Notes: generated from the letters alone by a model not told the origin. A stretch of DNA of 36,378 nucleotides from Candidatus Glassbacteria bacterium RIFCSPLOWO2_12_FULL_58_11 (GCA_001780825.1 MFIX01000003.1:1-36378); one strand, 5' to 3'. Positions 10,499 to 19,670 are shown, numbered from the stretch's first letter. Translations and numbers: made by a program.

Positions 10499-11290
10499 CT
10501 ACTTATAATCGTTCTGCGACAGCTGCAGGCGTTCGATACTATTGCTGCGGCCTGTGGTGGGATCGACCGTAAGCAATACGCCCATCAGCGCGAGGTTACT
10601 GTCCGCGGGCTGAAAGCGGTTGGGAGTCTGGGAGAGGAAGCGCCGGATGGCCAGCTCTTTCTTGATGCCGATCACGCCATCCACCGAGCCGCTCATGCCG
10701 GCATCGGTAATATAGCCGGTCCCGCCTGGCAGGATGCGCTCATCCGCGGTCTGGACATGGGTATGCGTACCCACCACCGCGGTCACCCGGCCATCGAGAT
10801 ACCAGCCCATGGCGATCTTTTCGGCGGTCGCCTCGGCATGGAAATCCACCAGCACCAAGTCGGCCTCTTTTTTTACTTCAGCGATCACCGGCAAAACGCC
10901 GCGGAAAGGACAGTCGATCTCTTTCATGAAGACCCGGCCCTGAAGGTTGATCACACCCATGGGGATCCCATTGCGGGCGGTGAAAACGCCGGACCCGTGG
11001 CCCGGGTTGTCGGGAGGGTAGTTGACCGGCCGGAGGATATTTTTCCGGCTGTCCAGGAAAGGATACAGCTCCTTGCGGTCCCAGATATGGTTGCCGCTGG
11101 TAATCACATCCACGCCGAGGCCGAACAGCTCCTCGGCCAGCTCAATGGTCAGGCCGAAACCGCCGGCCGCATTCTCGCCATTGGCGATAATGAAATCGAC
11201 CTTTTCGTCCGCCAGCAGCTCGGGCAAGAGTTGCCCGACGACTTTGCGGCCGGGTCCGCCGAGAATATCGGCGATAAAGAGAATACGCAC
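10499..11290 (-). CDS. ymdB: YmdB-family (TIGR00282) metallophosphoesterase
   Basis: Begins MRILFIADILG, with GENAAGGFG and TSGNHIWD motifs. Lies immediately downstream of rny, as in the known rny-ymdB pairing. Confidence 0.85.
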   Translation of the reverse strand: MRILFIADILGGPGRKVVGQLLPELLADEKVDFIIANGENAAGGFGLTIELAEELFGLGVDVITSGNHIWDRKELYPFLDSRKNILRPVNYPPDNPGHGSGVFTARNGIPMGVINLQGRVFMKEIDCPFRGVLPVIAEVKKEADLVLVDFHAEATAEKIAMGWYLDGRVTAVVGTHTHVQTADERILPGGTGYITDAGMSGSVDGVIGIKKELAIRRFLSQTPNRFQPADSNLALMGVLLTVDPTTGRSNSIERLQLSQNDYK

Positions 11291-11313
11291 TGATCGTGCT
11301 CCTTGGCTCGTCG

Positions 11314-12888
11314 TTATTTGGCGTAATCCACGGAGCGCGTCTCCCGGATCACCATCACCTTGATTTGACCCGGGTATTCGAGTTCCTTCTCGATCTTACG
11401 CGCGATCTCCCCGGCCATCACTTCGCTGTATGCATCATCCACCTCTTCGGGCTGAACCATCACTCTGATTTCACGGCCCGCCTGGATCGCATAGGCTTTC
11501 TGTACGCCCTTGAAACCATCGGCGATCTGTTCGAGCTGCTCCAGGCGCTTGATGTAGGTTTCGAGGGTTTCGCGACGGGCTCCCGGGCGGGCGCCGGAAA
11601 GGGCGTCAGCGGCCTGCACCAGCACCGAGATCAGGGTAGTGGGCTCGATATCGTTATGGTGCGAGGCGATAGCGTCGATCACCTCTGCCGGCTCGTTGTA
11701 CTTTTTCGCCAGCTCGATTCCGATCTGGGTATGCGTGCCCTCCGCCTCGTGGTCCACGGCCTTGCCGATATCGTGAAGCAGGCCGGCCCGCTTGGCCAGA
11801 TCGATATCCAGACCCAGCTCGGCCGCCATCAGGCCGCAGAGGATAGTGACCTCCTTGGCATGCTGGAGGTTGTTCTGCCCGTAGCTGGTGCGGAATTTCA
11901 GACGGCCGAGCAGGGATACCATCTCCGGGTGCAGGCCATGCACTCCGGTTTCATAGCAGGCTTCCTCACCCGCCAGTTGGATTTTTTCCTCCACTTCCTT
12001 GCGGCTCTTTTCCACCACATCCTCGATCCGGCCCGGATGAATCCGGCCGTCGACAATCAGCTTCTCCATCGCCAGACGGGCGATCTCCCGGCGGATCGGG
12101 CTGAAGCCGGAGAGGATCACCGCCTCGGGAGTGTCATCGATAATCACATCGATCCCGGTGGCCATCTCGAAGGCGCGGATATTTCGGCCCTCGCGGCCGA
12201 TAATCCGGCCCTTCATCTCATCGCTGGGCAGGTTGACTACCGACACGGTCGACTCGACCACATGGTCGGCGGCGCAGCGCTGGACCGCGAGCGTTATAAT
12301 CTGCTTGGCCTCTTTCTCGGCCTCCCGCTTGGCTTTCTCCTTGATATCCTTGACATACTGCGAGGCCTCGACACGCGCCTCCTCCTTGAGGTTTTCGATC
12401 AGCTCGCGCTTGGCATCCTCCGCGCTCAGCCCGGCGATCCGCTCGAGTCTGGAATTCTGCTCGGAAATCAACTGCGTGAGCTTTTCGTCCTTGCTCTTGA
12501 CCACCCTCTCCCGGACGACTATCTCTTCGCTCATCCGGGCGACTTCCTTCTCTTTCTTCTCCACTATTTCCAGCTTCTTGTCCAGGTTCAGCTCCCGCTC
12601 CTGGATATGGCGCTGAACGCCCTCGAGCTCCTTGCGGCGCCCCTCGGTTTCCTTCTCGAAATTCAGGCGGGCCTGGTAATATTTCTCCTTGCTCTCGATC
12701 TCCGCCGACTTCTTGATATTCCCGGCTTCCTTTTCGGCATCGGCAAGCTGCTTCTTGATCAGCGAGTCGGTGTCGCGCAGCTTGCCCTGAGCTATTTTCC
12801 GGCTGGTCCAGTAGCCCAGCAGGAAAATCAGCGCCGCGACGACCAGCAGGCCGATAAAGGGTCCAAAATTAGTCGTCAATGATGACAT
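11314..12888 (-). CDS. rny: Ribonuclease Y
   Basis: Has an N-terminal TM helix, a Lys/Glu-rich coiled coil, a KH domain ([15 protein letters not shown]) and an HD domain (LLHDIGKA). SD GGAG lies upstream. Confidence 0.95.
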   Translation of the reverse strand: MSSLTTNFGPFIGLLVVAALIFLLGYWTSRKIAQGKLRDTDSLIKKQLADAEKEAGNIKKSAEIESKEKYYQARLNFEKETEGRRKELEGVQRHIQERELNLDKKLEIVEKKEKEVARMSEEIVVRERVVKSKDEKLTQLISEQNSRLERIAGLSAEDAKRELIENLKEEARVEASQYVKDIKEKAKREAEKEAKQIITLAVQRCAADHVVESTVSVVNLPSDEMKGRIIGREGRNIRAFEMATGIDVIIDDTPEAVILSGFSPIRREIARLAMEKLIVDGRIHPGRIEDVVEKSRKEVEEKIQLAGEEACYETGVHGLHPEMVSLLGRLKFRTSYGQNNLQHAKEVTILCGLMAAELGLDIDLAKRAGLLHDIGKAVDHEAEGTHTQIGIELAKKYNEPAEVIDAIASHHNDIEPTTLISVLVQAADALSGARPGARRETLETYIKRLEQLEQIADGFKGVQKAYAIQAGREIRVMVQPEEVDDAYSEVMAGEIARKIEKELEYPGQIKVMVIRETRSVDYAK

Positions 12889-13096
12889 TTATGCTCCAAG
12901 TTGACTTTACGGGAAAATTCGAAAGACCAAATATTTAACGGTATACTTAACAATTCATTCAACTTCCAACCTTAAGAATAAGAACTTTGGCCTACCTACT
13001 TTAAACGTCACTTCCCCCGCGGGGGGTAACGCCCGGACCACGGGGGACGAAAAATCGATCTTTATCAATGCCGGTCAGGCCTGAACTTCCGATCTT

Positions 13097-13253
13097 TTTC
13101 TTTCTTCTCCCCTGGAAGCGCCGGGGTAAAATAAAAAACCCCGCCGCGCGTGAGTAACATATTGAACCCCTTAACATCAGGGTGGGTGCTTCCTGAAAGA
13201 TTCCCAGGTCCCCGTTTACCGCTGGGGCATGAGGTCGGCTTTCAGAGAAAGCT
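13097..13253 (-). ncRNA. ssrS: Probable 6S RNA (ends approximate)
   Basis: The minus-strand RNA starts GCUUUCUCUGAAAGCC and ends CUUCCAGGGGAGAAGAAAG, and these ends can form the closing stem. Internally it has the hairpin CCCUGAUGUUAAGGG followed by GUUCAAUAUGUUAC...GCGGCGG. This parallels E. coli 6S (as I recall it): CCUUGAACCAAGG, then GUUCAAGGGUUACAGCCUGCGGCGG. It lies directly downstream of zapA, which is the conserved zapA-ssrS synteny. Confidence 0.55.
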
Positions 13254-13338
13254 CCCATTGGTATATTGTAGGATCAATTTGTTAATCACGTACAGACGGG
13301 GTGTCAACCCCGGAGCTCTACGTCTAATTCAGCTGGAC

Positions 13339-13665
13339 TTATGATCCAGAGAGAACTTCAGCCGCATATTGTTTTTCCAGATAGGCATCAATAAGGTTAA
13401 GTAACGAGTTGCACTTCTCTTCCAGTTCCTCGCCTTTTTTGTCTGCGGTCACTCTCATCTGAAATAGTTCATCGGTTATCGACATAGACGCTAAAATCGC
13501 TATTTTAAGGGGATCCTGCATACCGATCTGGTTCTTGATCGTCTGCATCGTCCGGTCAATGTGCTCCGCCACTCTTATCGTGTAAGCCGGTTCCGCCTGG
13601 CTCCGGATGCTGTAGGTTTCCCCAAAAATTGTGACGCGTGTCGCATTGCTTTTATCATCGACCAT
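13339..13665 (-). CDS. zapA: Cell division protein ZapA
   Basis: 108 aa. Shows the ZapA pattern VTIFGETYSIRS...YTIRVAEHIDRTM...KIAILASMSITDEL followed by a C-terminal coiled coil. Confidence 0.8.
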   Translation of the reverse strand: MVDDKSNATRVTIFGETYSIRSQAEPAYTIRVAEHIDRTMQTIKNQIGMQDPLKIAILASMSITDELFQMRVTADKKGEELEEKCNSLLNLIDAYLEKQYAAEVLSGS

Positions 13666-13771
13666 AGCGATCTATTCGCAACCTGACGTGATTAAAAATT
13701 GATCCCTCTATTTATTGTTACTAACGGAAATTAGAATAAGTTAAACAGTTTCCAAATATTCCTGTGTTAAA

Positions 13772-13800
13772 AATGTATATTAAATTAAACATTAAGTCAA
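13772..13800 (-). promoter_or_regulatory. Sigma70-like promoter candidate for zapA/6S: TTGACT-17-TACATT
   Basis: Read on the minus strand, inside a 193-nt strongly AT-rich spacer between the zapB-like gene and zapA. Confidence 0.35.
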
Positions 13801-13858
13801 CAGGTTAAAACGGCGAATTATTGTCCGAACCACCACTCCACCCGGCCGCAAAGCGACT

Positions 13859-14107
13859 TTACAGGTCAAGCTTGTCGAATTTTTCGATTATCTGTTCCAG
13901 CGCCTGCCCGGCCCGCGAAGTTTTGCCTTGGAGGCGTTCATTCTCGAGTTTAAGAGATTCGATCCGCCCGATGAGCTCCTGAGTGGACAGCCGCTGCTTC
14001 CCCTGGCCGGCGGCCCTGCGGAATGCGTTGTTTTCCTCTCTCAGACTTTCCAGGCCGGCAATAAGCTCCCTGATTTTCGCTTCCAGCCTGTCCAGGGCTT
14101 CAGTCAT
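13859..14107 (-). CDS. ZapB-like small coiled-coil protein
   Basis: 82 aa, entirely heptad-like (LDRLEAKIRELIAGLESLREENNAF...LKLENERLQ). Size, composition and position next to zapA fit ZapB-type proteins. Confidence 0.5.
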   Translation of the reverse strand: MTEALDRLEAKIRELIAGLESLREENNAFRRAAGQGKQRLSTQELIGRIESLKLENERLQGKTSRAGQALEQIIEKFDKLDL

Positions 14108-14222
14108 CGCGGTCGATCCTCACGAAATTGCCACATGCCGGGACTTCACTCCCGAACCGGATGTTGCTCACGATAACAGTTTCCCCGCGCCGGGGCAAGA
14201 GAGATTTATTTCTTAATCCCGC

Positions 14223-16613
14223 CTAGCGGGGCTGTACGCCGAATTTCTCGATCAGGCTCCTGGATATTTCCTCAAAGGCCCGGTCGACTTCCTCATCGCG
14301 CAGTGTGCGCTCACGGCTCTGGAATAGAATCGAAAGGGCCAGGCTTATTTTGCCGGGAGGTATGCGGTCGCCCTGGTACAAATCGAAAACCGTCACCTCG
14401 GCTACCAGCGGCGAGACCCGGCGGACCTGTTCGATCAGGTCCGCGCAGCTCGTATTCTCGCCGAGCAAGATCGATATGTCGCGGCGGCTGCCCGGAAACT
14501 GAGAAACTGGGCGGTATATCGGCATGGCGGCCGAGGCCAGCACGGGTTTAAGGTCGAGCTCGGCCAGGCAGATCTCCGCCGGCAGGTCCATTTCCGCCGC
14601 TGCCCCGGAATCGAGACGGCCGATGACGCCAATCTTTTCCCCATCGTGGACTATCGAAGCGGCTGTCCCCGGAGCCAGTACCGGATGTGAATCCGCGGCA
14701 AAACGCATGGGGGGGACTTTGAGCCAGTCGAACAGCGACTCCAGCGTCCCCTTGAGAGCGAAGAAATCCTGACGCGGGGCCGGACCGCTCCAGTGCACAG
14801 GCCGGTACTCGCCGGTAACGGCTAAGGCCAGGCGCCGTTGTTCCCCGCTGCCTTTTTCTCCTGGATGGCGGTCGAAAACATTGCCGATCTCGAAGAGCGC
14901 CAGGTCGCGGCGGCGCTGGTTAAGATTGCGCCGGACACAGGCCAGCAGCATCGGAAGCAGCGAGGGCCTGAGCACATCCTCCTCCTTGGAGATCGGCGCC
15001 ACCAGCCGCCAGAACTCGAAGCGGCCCGCGCCGTAAATTTTTTCGATCAGCTTCGAATCCACGAACGAGGAGCTCAAGACCTCCTGATAGCCCATGCCGG
15101 CCAGTTTCCGGCGCAGTTCCCATTCCGGCCCCCCGTTTATTCCCCCGGTCCCCGGAGTAAGCTCCAGGCGCCGGGGCACCGGTATCCGGTCGTAGCCCCA
15201 AAGGCGGGCCAGCTCCTCGATCAGGTCCACCTCCCGTCTCACATCGAGCGTGCGGCTGGAGGGGACTTTGACCCGGAACAGGCCCTTATGCTCTTTTTCA
15301 AGCTCGAAATCCAATCCGCTGAGCAGCTTTTCGATTTCCTTTTCGCTGAAATCCACGCCGAGCACTCTTTTCACCCTCTCCCGGCGCAGCCTGACCTCAT
15401 TCCTGAGCAGCGGCCGGGGGCAGATGTCGATCACGCCCCGGGCCACCTTCCCTGAAGCCACCTCGGCGATAAGCCGGGCCGCCCGGTCCACCGCATAGGG
15501 CATCAGATCGAAATCCGTGCCGCGCTCGAAACGGCGCGAGGCCTCGGTGAACATCCCGAGCGCCCGGGCCGTGCGCCGGTTGGTAACCGGGTTGAAATAC
15601 GCACATTCCAGCAGCACGCGGGTGGTCCGTTCATCCACCTCGCTGAGCTTATCCCCCATCACCCCGGCCACCGCCACCGGTTTGCGGCCATCGGCGATGA
15701 CGGTCATCGAAGTCCCGAGAGAACGCTCTACCTCATCCAGAGTGAAAATCTTCTCATTCTCGCGGGCCTTGCGCACCACGATCCGGCCTTCCTCCAGCTT
15801 GTCCAGGTCGAAAGCGTGCAGCGGCTGGCCCAGCTCGAGCAGGATGTAATTCGTAACATCGACCACGTTGTTGATACTGCGCTGCCCCACCGCGGCCAGG
15901 CGCTCGATCAGCCAGCGCGGGGAAGGCCCGACCTTGACTTCCAGGATCACGCGGGCCATGTAACGCGGGCAGCCTTCCGGGTCCTCGATACGGACCGAGG
16001 TCAATTCGTTTATGGCTGGCCCGCTTTCCGCGGGTTTAGCCTCCGGGAGCCTGAGCTTATGGCTCACAAAAGGCTGAAGCTCGCGGACCACGCCGAGATG
16101 GCTCCACATATCTCCCCGGTTGGCGGTGACCTCGATCCCCAACATCCAGTCCTCCCGGCCGAGCACCTCGGCCAGCGGAGTACCGGGCTTCCAGACAGGG
16201 TCAAGCTCCATCAGGCCCGCGGATTCAGCGCTCAGGCCGAGTTCCTTTTCCGAACAGAGCATGCCGCGGCTCTCCACGCCCCGGATTTTCACCTTTTCGA
16301 CTGTCATGCCGCCGGCCAGGCGGGCCCCGGAAAGGGCCAGGGGATAGAGGCCCCCCTCTTTCACGTTGGGCGCTCCGCAGACCACTTCCAATGTTTCCGT
16401 GGCGCCGTAGTCCGCCTCCACCAGTTTCAGCTTGTCCGCATTAGGATGTTTGCTGACTTTCAGCGCCCGGGCGGCCAGCACCGACTCGAACCCGGAGCCC
16501 AGATAGGTCAGCTCCTCCACCGCATGGCCGATCCGGGTCAGGCGCTCGGCCACCTGCTGGGGTGTAAGCTCGAACTCGAGCAGCGATTTAAGCCATTTAT
16601 AGCTGATGTTCAT
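14223..16613 (-). CDS. pheT: Phenylalanine--tRNA ligase beta subunit
   Basis: 796 aa. N-terminus MNISYKWLKSLLEF, with tRNA-binding, B3/4, B5 and FDX-ACB regions recognisable. Confidence 0.95.
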   Translation of the reverse strand: MNISYKWLKSLLEFELTPQQVAERLTRIGHAVEELTYLGSGFESVLAARALKVSKHPNADKLKLVEADYGATETLEVVCGAPNVKEGGLYPLALSGARLAGGMTVEKVKIRGVESRGMLCSEKELGLSAESAGLMELDPVWKPGTPLAEVLGREDWMLGIEVTANRGDMWSHLGVVRELQPFVSHKLRLPEAKPAESGPAINELTSVRIEDPEGCPRYMARVILEVKVGPSPRWLIERLAAVGQRSINNVVDVTNYILLELGQPLHAFDLDKLEEGRIVVRKARENEKIFTLDEVERSLGTSMTVIADGRKPVAVAGVMGDKLSEVDERTTRVLLECAYFNPVTNRRTARALGMFTEASRRFERGTDFDLMPYAVDRAARLIAEVASGKVARGVIDICPRPLLRNEVRLRRERVKRVLGVDFSEKEIEKLLSGLDFELEKEHKGLFRVKVPSSRTLDVRREVDLIEELARLWGYDRIPVPRRLELTPGTGGINGGPEWELRRKLAGMGYQEVLSSSFVDSKLIEKIYGAGRFEFWRLVAPISKEEDVLRPSLLPMLLACVRRNLNQRRRDLALFEIGNVFDRHPGEKGSGEQRRLALAVTGEYRPVHWSGPAPRQDFFALKGTLESLFDWLKVPPMRFAADSHPVLAPGTAASIVHDGEKIGVIGRLDSGAAAEMDLPAEICLAELDLKPVLASAAMPIYRPVSQFPGSRRDISILLGENTSCADLIEQVRRVSPLVAEVTVFDLYQGDRIPPGKISLALSILFQSRERTLRDEEVDRAFEEISRSLIEKFGVQPR

Positions 16614-16679
16614 TTTCGGAAAATCTAGCTTAGATCAGTTAAATTAACTGTCCGGCAGCAGGCTCCGATGTGTCTGATT

Positions 16680-16770
16680 AAATCCCCCTTGAGTCCCCCT
16701 TTTTCAAAGGGGGATTTTCAGGTCCGCCCTGACTCCCCCCTTTAACAAAGGGGGGCGGGGGGGATTTAAG
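16680..16770. repeat. REP-like tandem C5-6TTT/AAAG5-6 hairpins with competing AAATCCCCC/GGGGGATTT arms
   Basis: Hairpin 1 is tcccccttt-ttc-aaaggggga (16694-16714). Hairpin 2 is ccccccttt-aac-aaagggggg (16735-16755). aaatccccc (16680-16688) is complementary to gggggattt at 16709-16717 and again at about 16759-16767. Confidence 0.6.
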
Positions 16771-16861
16771 CTCCTGCCGTTATTTGATTACTGCTTATCT
16801 CGCAGCAAGCTGCGGGGAATTCTTTTCGTTTAAACCGCCGACTCCCGGAAACCGGGGCAGT

Positions 16862-17890
16862 TCAGAACTGCGAGAGAAATCCGGTATCCGATTCCAGAAA
16901 CAGCCGGATGTCATCGATACTGTGCACCAGCAGGCAGATCCGGTCGATTCCCATGCCGAAAGCGAACCCGGTCCAGCGCTCGGGGTCGTAGCCTACGGCT
17001 TCGAAGACGCTCGGGTCCACCATGCCGCAGCCGAGAATCTCCAGCCAGCCGCTCCCTTTGCAGATCCGGCAGCCCTTTCTTTTACAGAAAATGCAGCTGC
17101 AGTCCACCTCCGCGCTGGGCTCGGTGAACGGGAAAAAGGAGGGCCGGAAACGCAGGGTCGTATCCGGGCCGAATAGCCGGAGAGCGAACTGTTCGAGAGT
17201 GTATTTGAGGTCCCCGAAAGTGACGTTCTCATCCACGTAGAGACCCTCAACCTGATGGAAGATCGGGCTGTGGGTGGCGTCGGGTGTATCGCGCCGGAAG
17301 ACCCGGCCGGGCGCGATAATGCGAACCGGGGGCGGATTGGCCTGCATGTGACGGATCTGCACCGGCGAGGTATGGGAGCGCAGGAGCAGTCCGCCTTCCA
17401 GGAAAAACGTGTCGTGCTCATCCCGGGCCGGATGATCGGCCGGGGTATTCAGGGCGTCGAAATTGTGGAACTCGTCCTCGATCTCCGGGCCTTCCGCCAG
17501 GGAGAATCCCATCGAATAGAGCACCTCGTTCACCCGGGAGAGGGTCCGGTTGAGCGGGTGTATCGAGCCGGTCCAGGGCCGCAGTCCGGGCAGAGTGACA
17601 TCTATTGCGCTCCGGGCCGCGGCGCGCTCGAGCTGTTCTTTCTCCAGCGCGGCGCGCCGCTCTTCGAGCAACCGGCCGATCTCGTTCTTCAGCTCATTGG
17701 CCTGCTTGCCGACCAGCGGGCGCTCCCCGGGCGAGACCTGCCCCAGGTCGTGAAGGATAGCGGTGACCTGCCCCTTGCGGCCCAGTAAATTCAGGCGCCA
17801 TTGCTCGAGCTGTTCCAAGCTGACGGCCCTGGCAATCTGCTGGCGCGCCTGGCCGGCGAGTTCCTCGATCTTTTCCAGATAGCCTGCCAT
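16862..17890 (-). CDS. pheS: Phenylalanine--tRNA ligase alpha subunit
   Basis: 342 aa with class II aaRS motifs (HPARDEHDTFF, FRRDTPDATHSPIFHQVEG, GFAFGMGIDR). Confidence 0.95.
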   Translation of the reverse strand: MAGYLEKIEELAGQARQQIARAVSLEQLEQWRLNLLGRKGQVTAILHDLGQVSPGERPLVGKQANELKNEIGRLLEERRAALEKEQLERAAARSAIDVTLPGLRPWTGSIHPLNRTLSRVNEVLYSMGFSLAEGPEIEDEFHNFDALNTPADHPARDEHDTFFLEGGLLLRSHTSPVQIRHMQANPPPVRIIAPGRVFRRDTPDATHSPIFHQVEGLYVDENVTFGDLKYTLEQFALRLFGPDTTLRFRPSFFPFTEPSAEVDCSCIFCKRKGCRICKGSGWLEILGCGMVDPSVFEAVGYDPERWTGFAFGMGIDRICLLVHSIDDIRLFLESDTGFLSQF

Positions 17891-18135
17891 AGTTTCGGCT
17901 CAAATTCAAAGTTACAGGGAACTGCTTTTAGAGACAGCTTAGCCGGCGCGCCGCCGCAAATGCAGCGGACGGACGCGGGCCGGTGCGCCGGTAATCCCCG
18001 ACCGTGTCGTCCGATCCGGAAAATACCGAAGTACCGGCGCCTGTGCGGCCAATAATTATGAAGTATCGGGGTAAACAGGCTGGCTGATAAGATCGGCGCG
18101 ACGCGGTTCCGGGCTTGCGGAATCTTTGGTAATAC

Positions 18136-18486
18136 TTAATTTCCCCGCACCAGCTTGACCAGGCTTTCGAATCCCTCGGGGTCCTTTATAGCCATGTCAG
18201 CCAGAACCTTGCGGTTGATTACCACTTCCGCCTTGCTCAGGCCGGCGATAAACAGGCTGTAGCTCAGTCCGAAGGGTCGAACCGCGGCATTGATCCTCTG
18301 GATCCAGAGAGACCTGAATTCCCGCTTCTTCTGCTTGCGATGGATGTAGGAGAACCGGCGGGCGCGGTCAACCGTCTCGCGGGCTATGCTAAGCAGCCGG
18401 TGACGGGAGCCCGTATAGCCGGAGGCGGATTTAAGAATCTTCTTTCTGCGCTTGTGCGAAGCGACATTTGTTTTTACGCGCGGCAT
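18136..18486 (-). CDS. rplT: 50S ribosomal protein L20
   Basis: Begins MPRVKTNVASHKRRKKILK. SD GAGAGGAA upstream. Confidence 0.95.
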   Translation of the reverse strand: MPRVKTNVASHKRRKKILKSASGYTGSRHRLLSIARETVDRARRFSYIHRKQKKREFRSLWIQRINAAVRPFGLSYSLFIAGLSKAEVVINRKVLADMAIKDPEGFESLVKLVRGN

Positions 18487-18545
18487 TATATTCCTCTCTA
18501 TTTATCCTGACGATAACAAACCCTGAAACACAAATCATCCCGCTC

Positions 18546-18743
18546 TCAGGCGTAGGGAATCATCTTCTTGATTCTCGGCTGATCGCTGCCGGTAATCAAG
18601 GTAGCGGTGCGCAGGGCTCGTTTCCGCTTGGGTGTCTTCTTGGTCATGATGTGGCTGGCATAGGCCTTTTTACGCTTTATTTTTCCGCTGGCGGTCTTTT
18701 TAAAGCGCTTGGCCGCCGATCGTAAGGTCTTCAGCTTGGGCAC
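18546..18743 (-). CDS. rpmI: 50S ribosomal protein L35
   Basis: Begins [30 protein letters not shown] start with AAGGAG 6 nt upstream. Confidence 0.95.
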   Translation of the reverse strand: MPKLKTLRSAAKRFKKTASGKIKRKKAYASHIMTKKTPKRKRALRTATLITGSDQPRIKKMIPYA

Positions 18744-18802
18744 TTTGCACTCCTTGGATTCAAAACGATAATTAACACTGAATATTCCCGGCTCGAGGCC
18801 GC

Positions 18803-19318
18803 TCAGATCCCTTTGGGGGCCAGGATCAGGATCATGTTACGGCCTTCCATCTTAATATCGCCTTCCTGGACGGAAAGGTCGCCGACTTCATCGAAAAAGC
18901 GCTTCAAAACTCTTTCACCGAGTTCTTTGTGCACGACCTCGCGGCCCCGGAACACCATGGTAACCTTTACCTTGGCCTGTTTTTCGAGGAACTTCCGGGC
19001 GTGCCTCAACTTGAACTGAAGATCGTGCTCATCGATCTTGCTGCGCAGCTTGATCTCCTTCATCTGGATTACATGCTGCTTCTTTTTTGCCTCTTTGGCC
19101 TTTTTGTTCTCCCGGTACTTGAACTTGCCGTAATCCATGATCCGGCAAACCGGGGGCCGTGCTGTCGGTGCTACTTCAACCAGATCGAGTTCCCGTGTCA
19201 GGGCGATCTGCCGGGCCTCATCGAGAGAAACCACACCGACCTGCGATCCGTCACTGTCTATCAGCCGGACCGGGGAGATACGAATTTGTTGATTTACGCG
19301 GACGCTTTTAGTAACCAC
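18803..19318 (-). CDS. infC: Translation initiation factor IF-3
   Basis: Contains [22 protein letters not shown]...[19 protein letters not shown] start preceded by AAGGAGG. Confidence 0.95.
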   Translation of the reverse strand: MVTKSVRVNQQIRISPVRLIDSDGSQVGVVSLDEARQIALTRELDLVEVAPTARPPVCRIMDYGKFKYRENKKAKEAKKKQHVIQMKEIKLRSKIDEHDLQFKLRHARKFLEKQAKVKVTMVFRGREVVHKELGERVLKRFFDEVGDLSVQEGDIKMEGRNMILILAPKGI

Positions 19319-19396
19319 AGGCCTCCTTACCTGTAAGTCAAAAAAAAAGGAAAAATAATCTATACTGTTTCAAGCTGAAATTGCAAGTTATATCTA

Positions 19397-19424
19397 CAAA
19401 AAAAAGCGGATATAATAATCCGCT
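19397..19424 (-). terminator. Intrinsic terminator about 80 nt upstream of infC (minus strand)
   Basis: The minus strand reads agcgga-ttattata-tccgct followed by a T run of about 7-8. The stem is only 6 bp, so it is moderate in strength. Confidence 0.55.
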
Positions 19425-19600
19425 CGCCTGGGTAAGACCGGATTCCGTTTCAAAATGCCCTGCGGACCGCTGACATTCTCAGCCGAACTCCATGTTCAAG
19501 GACGGATACCGAAAATTACGGCAGGCTAAGACCCGCAAACTCGTTTTTTCAGTGACCTTCTATCAGAAACTGCGTTTCTCTGCTTAAGTTGCTGAATTTT

Positions 19601-19629
19601 AAAATACTATAGAGCTAAAACTTTGTCAA
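19601..19629 (-). promoter_or_regulatory. Sigma70-like promoter TTGACA-17-TATTTT pointing toward infC
   Basis: Read on the minus strand. It would start a transcript of about 195 nt that ends at the 19397-19424 terminator, or reads through into infC. Confidence 0.4.
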
Positions 19630-19670
19630 TAATTTTTCCCGGCGAAAAGCTTTGTTCTTTAAGATTATAC

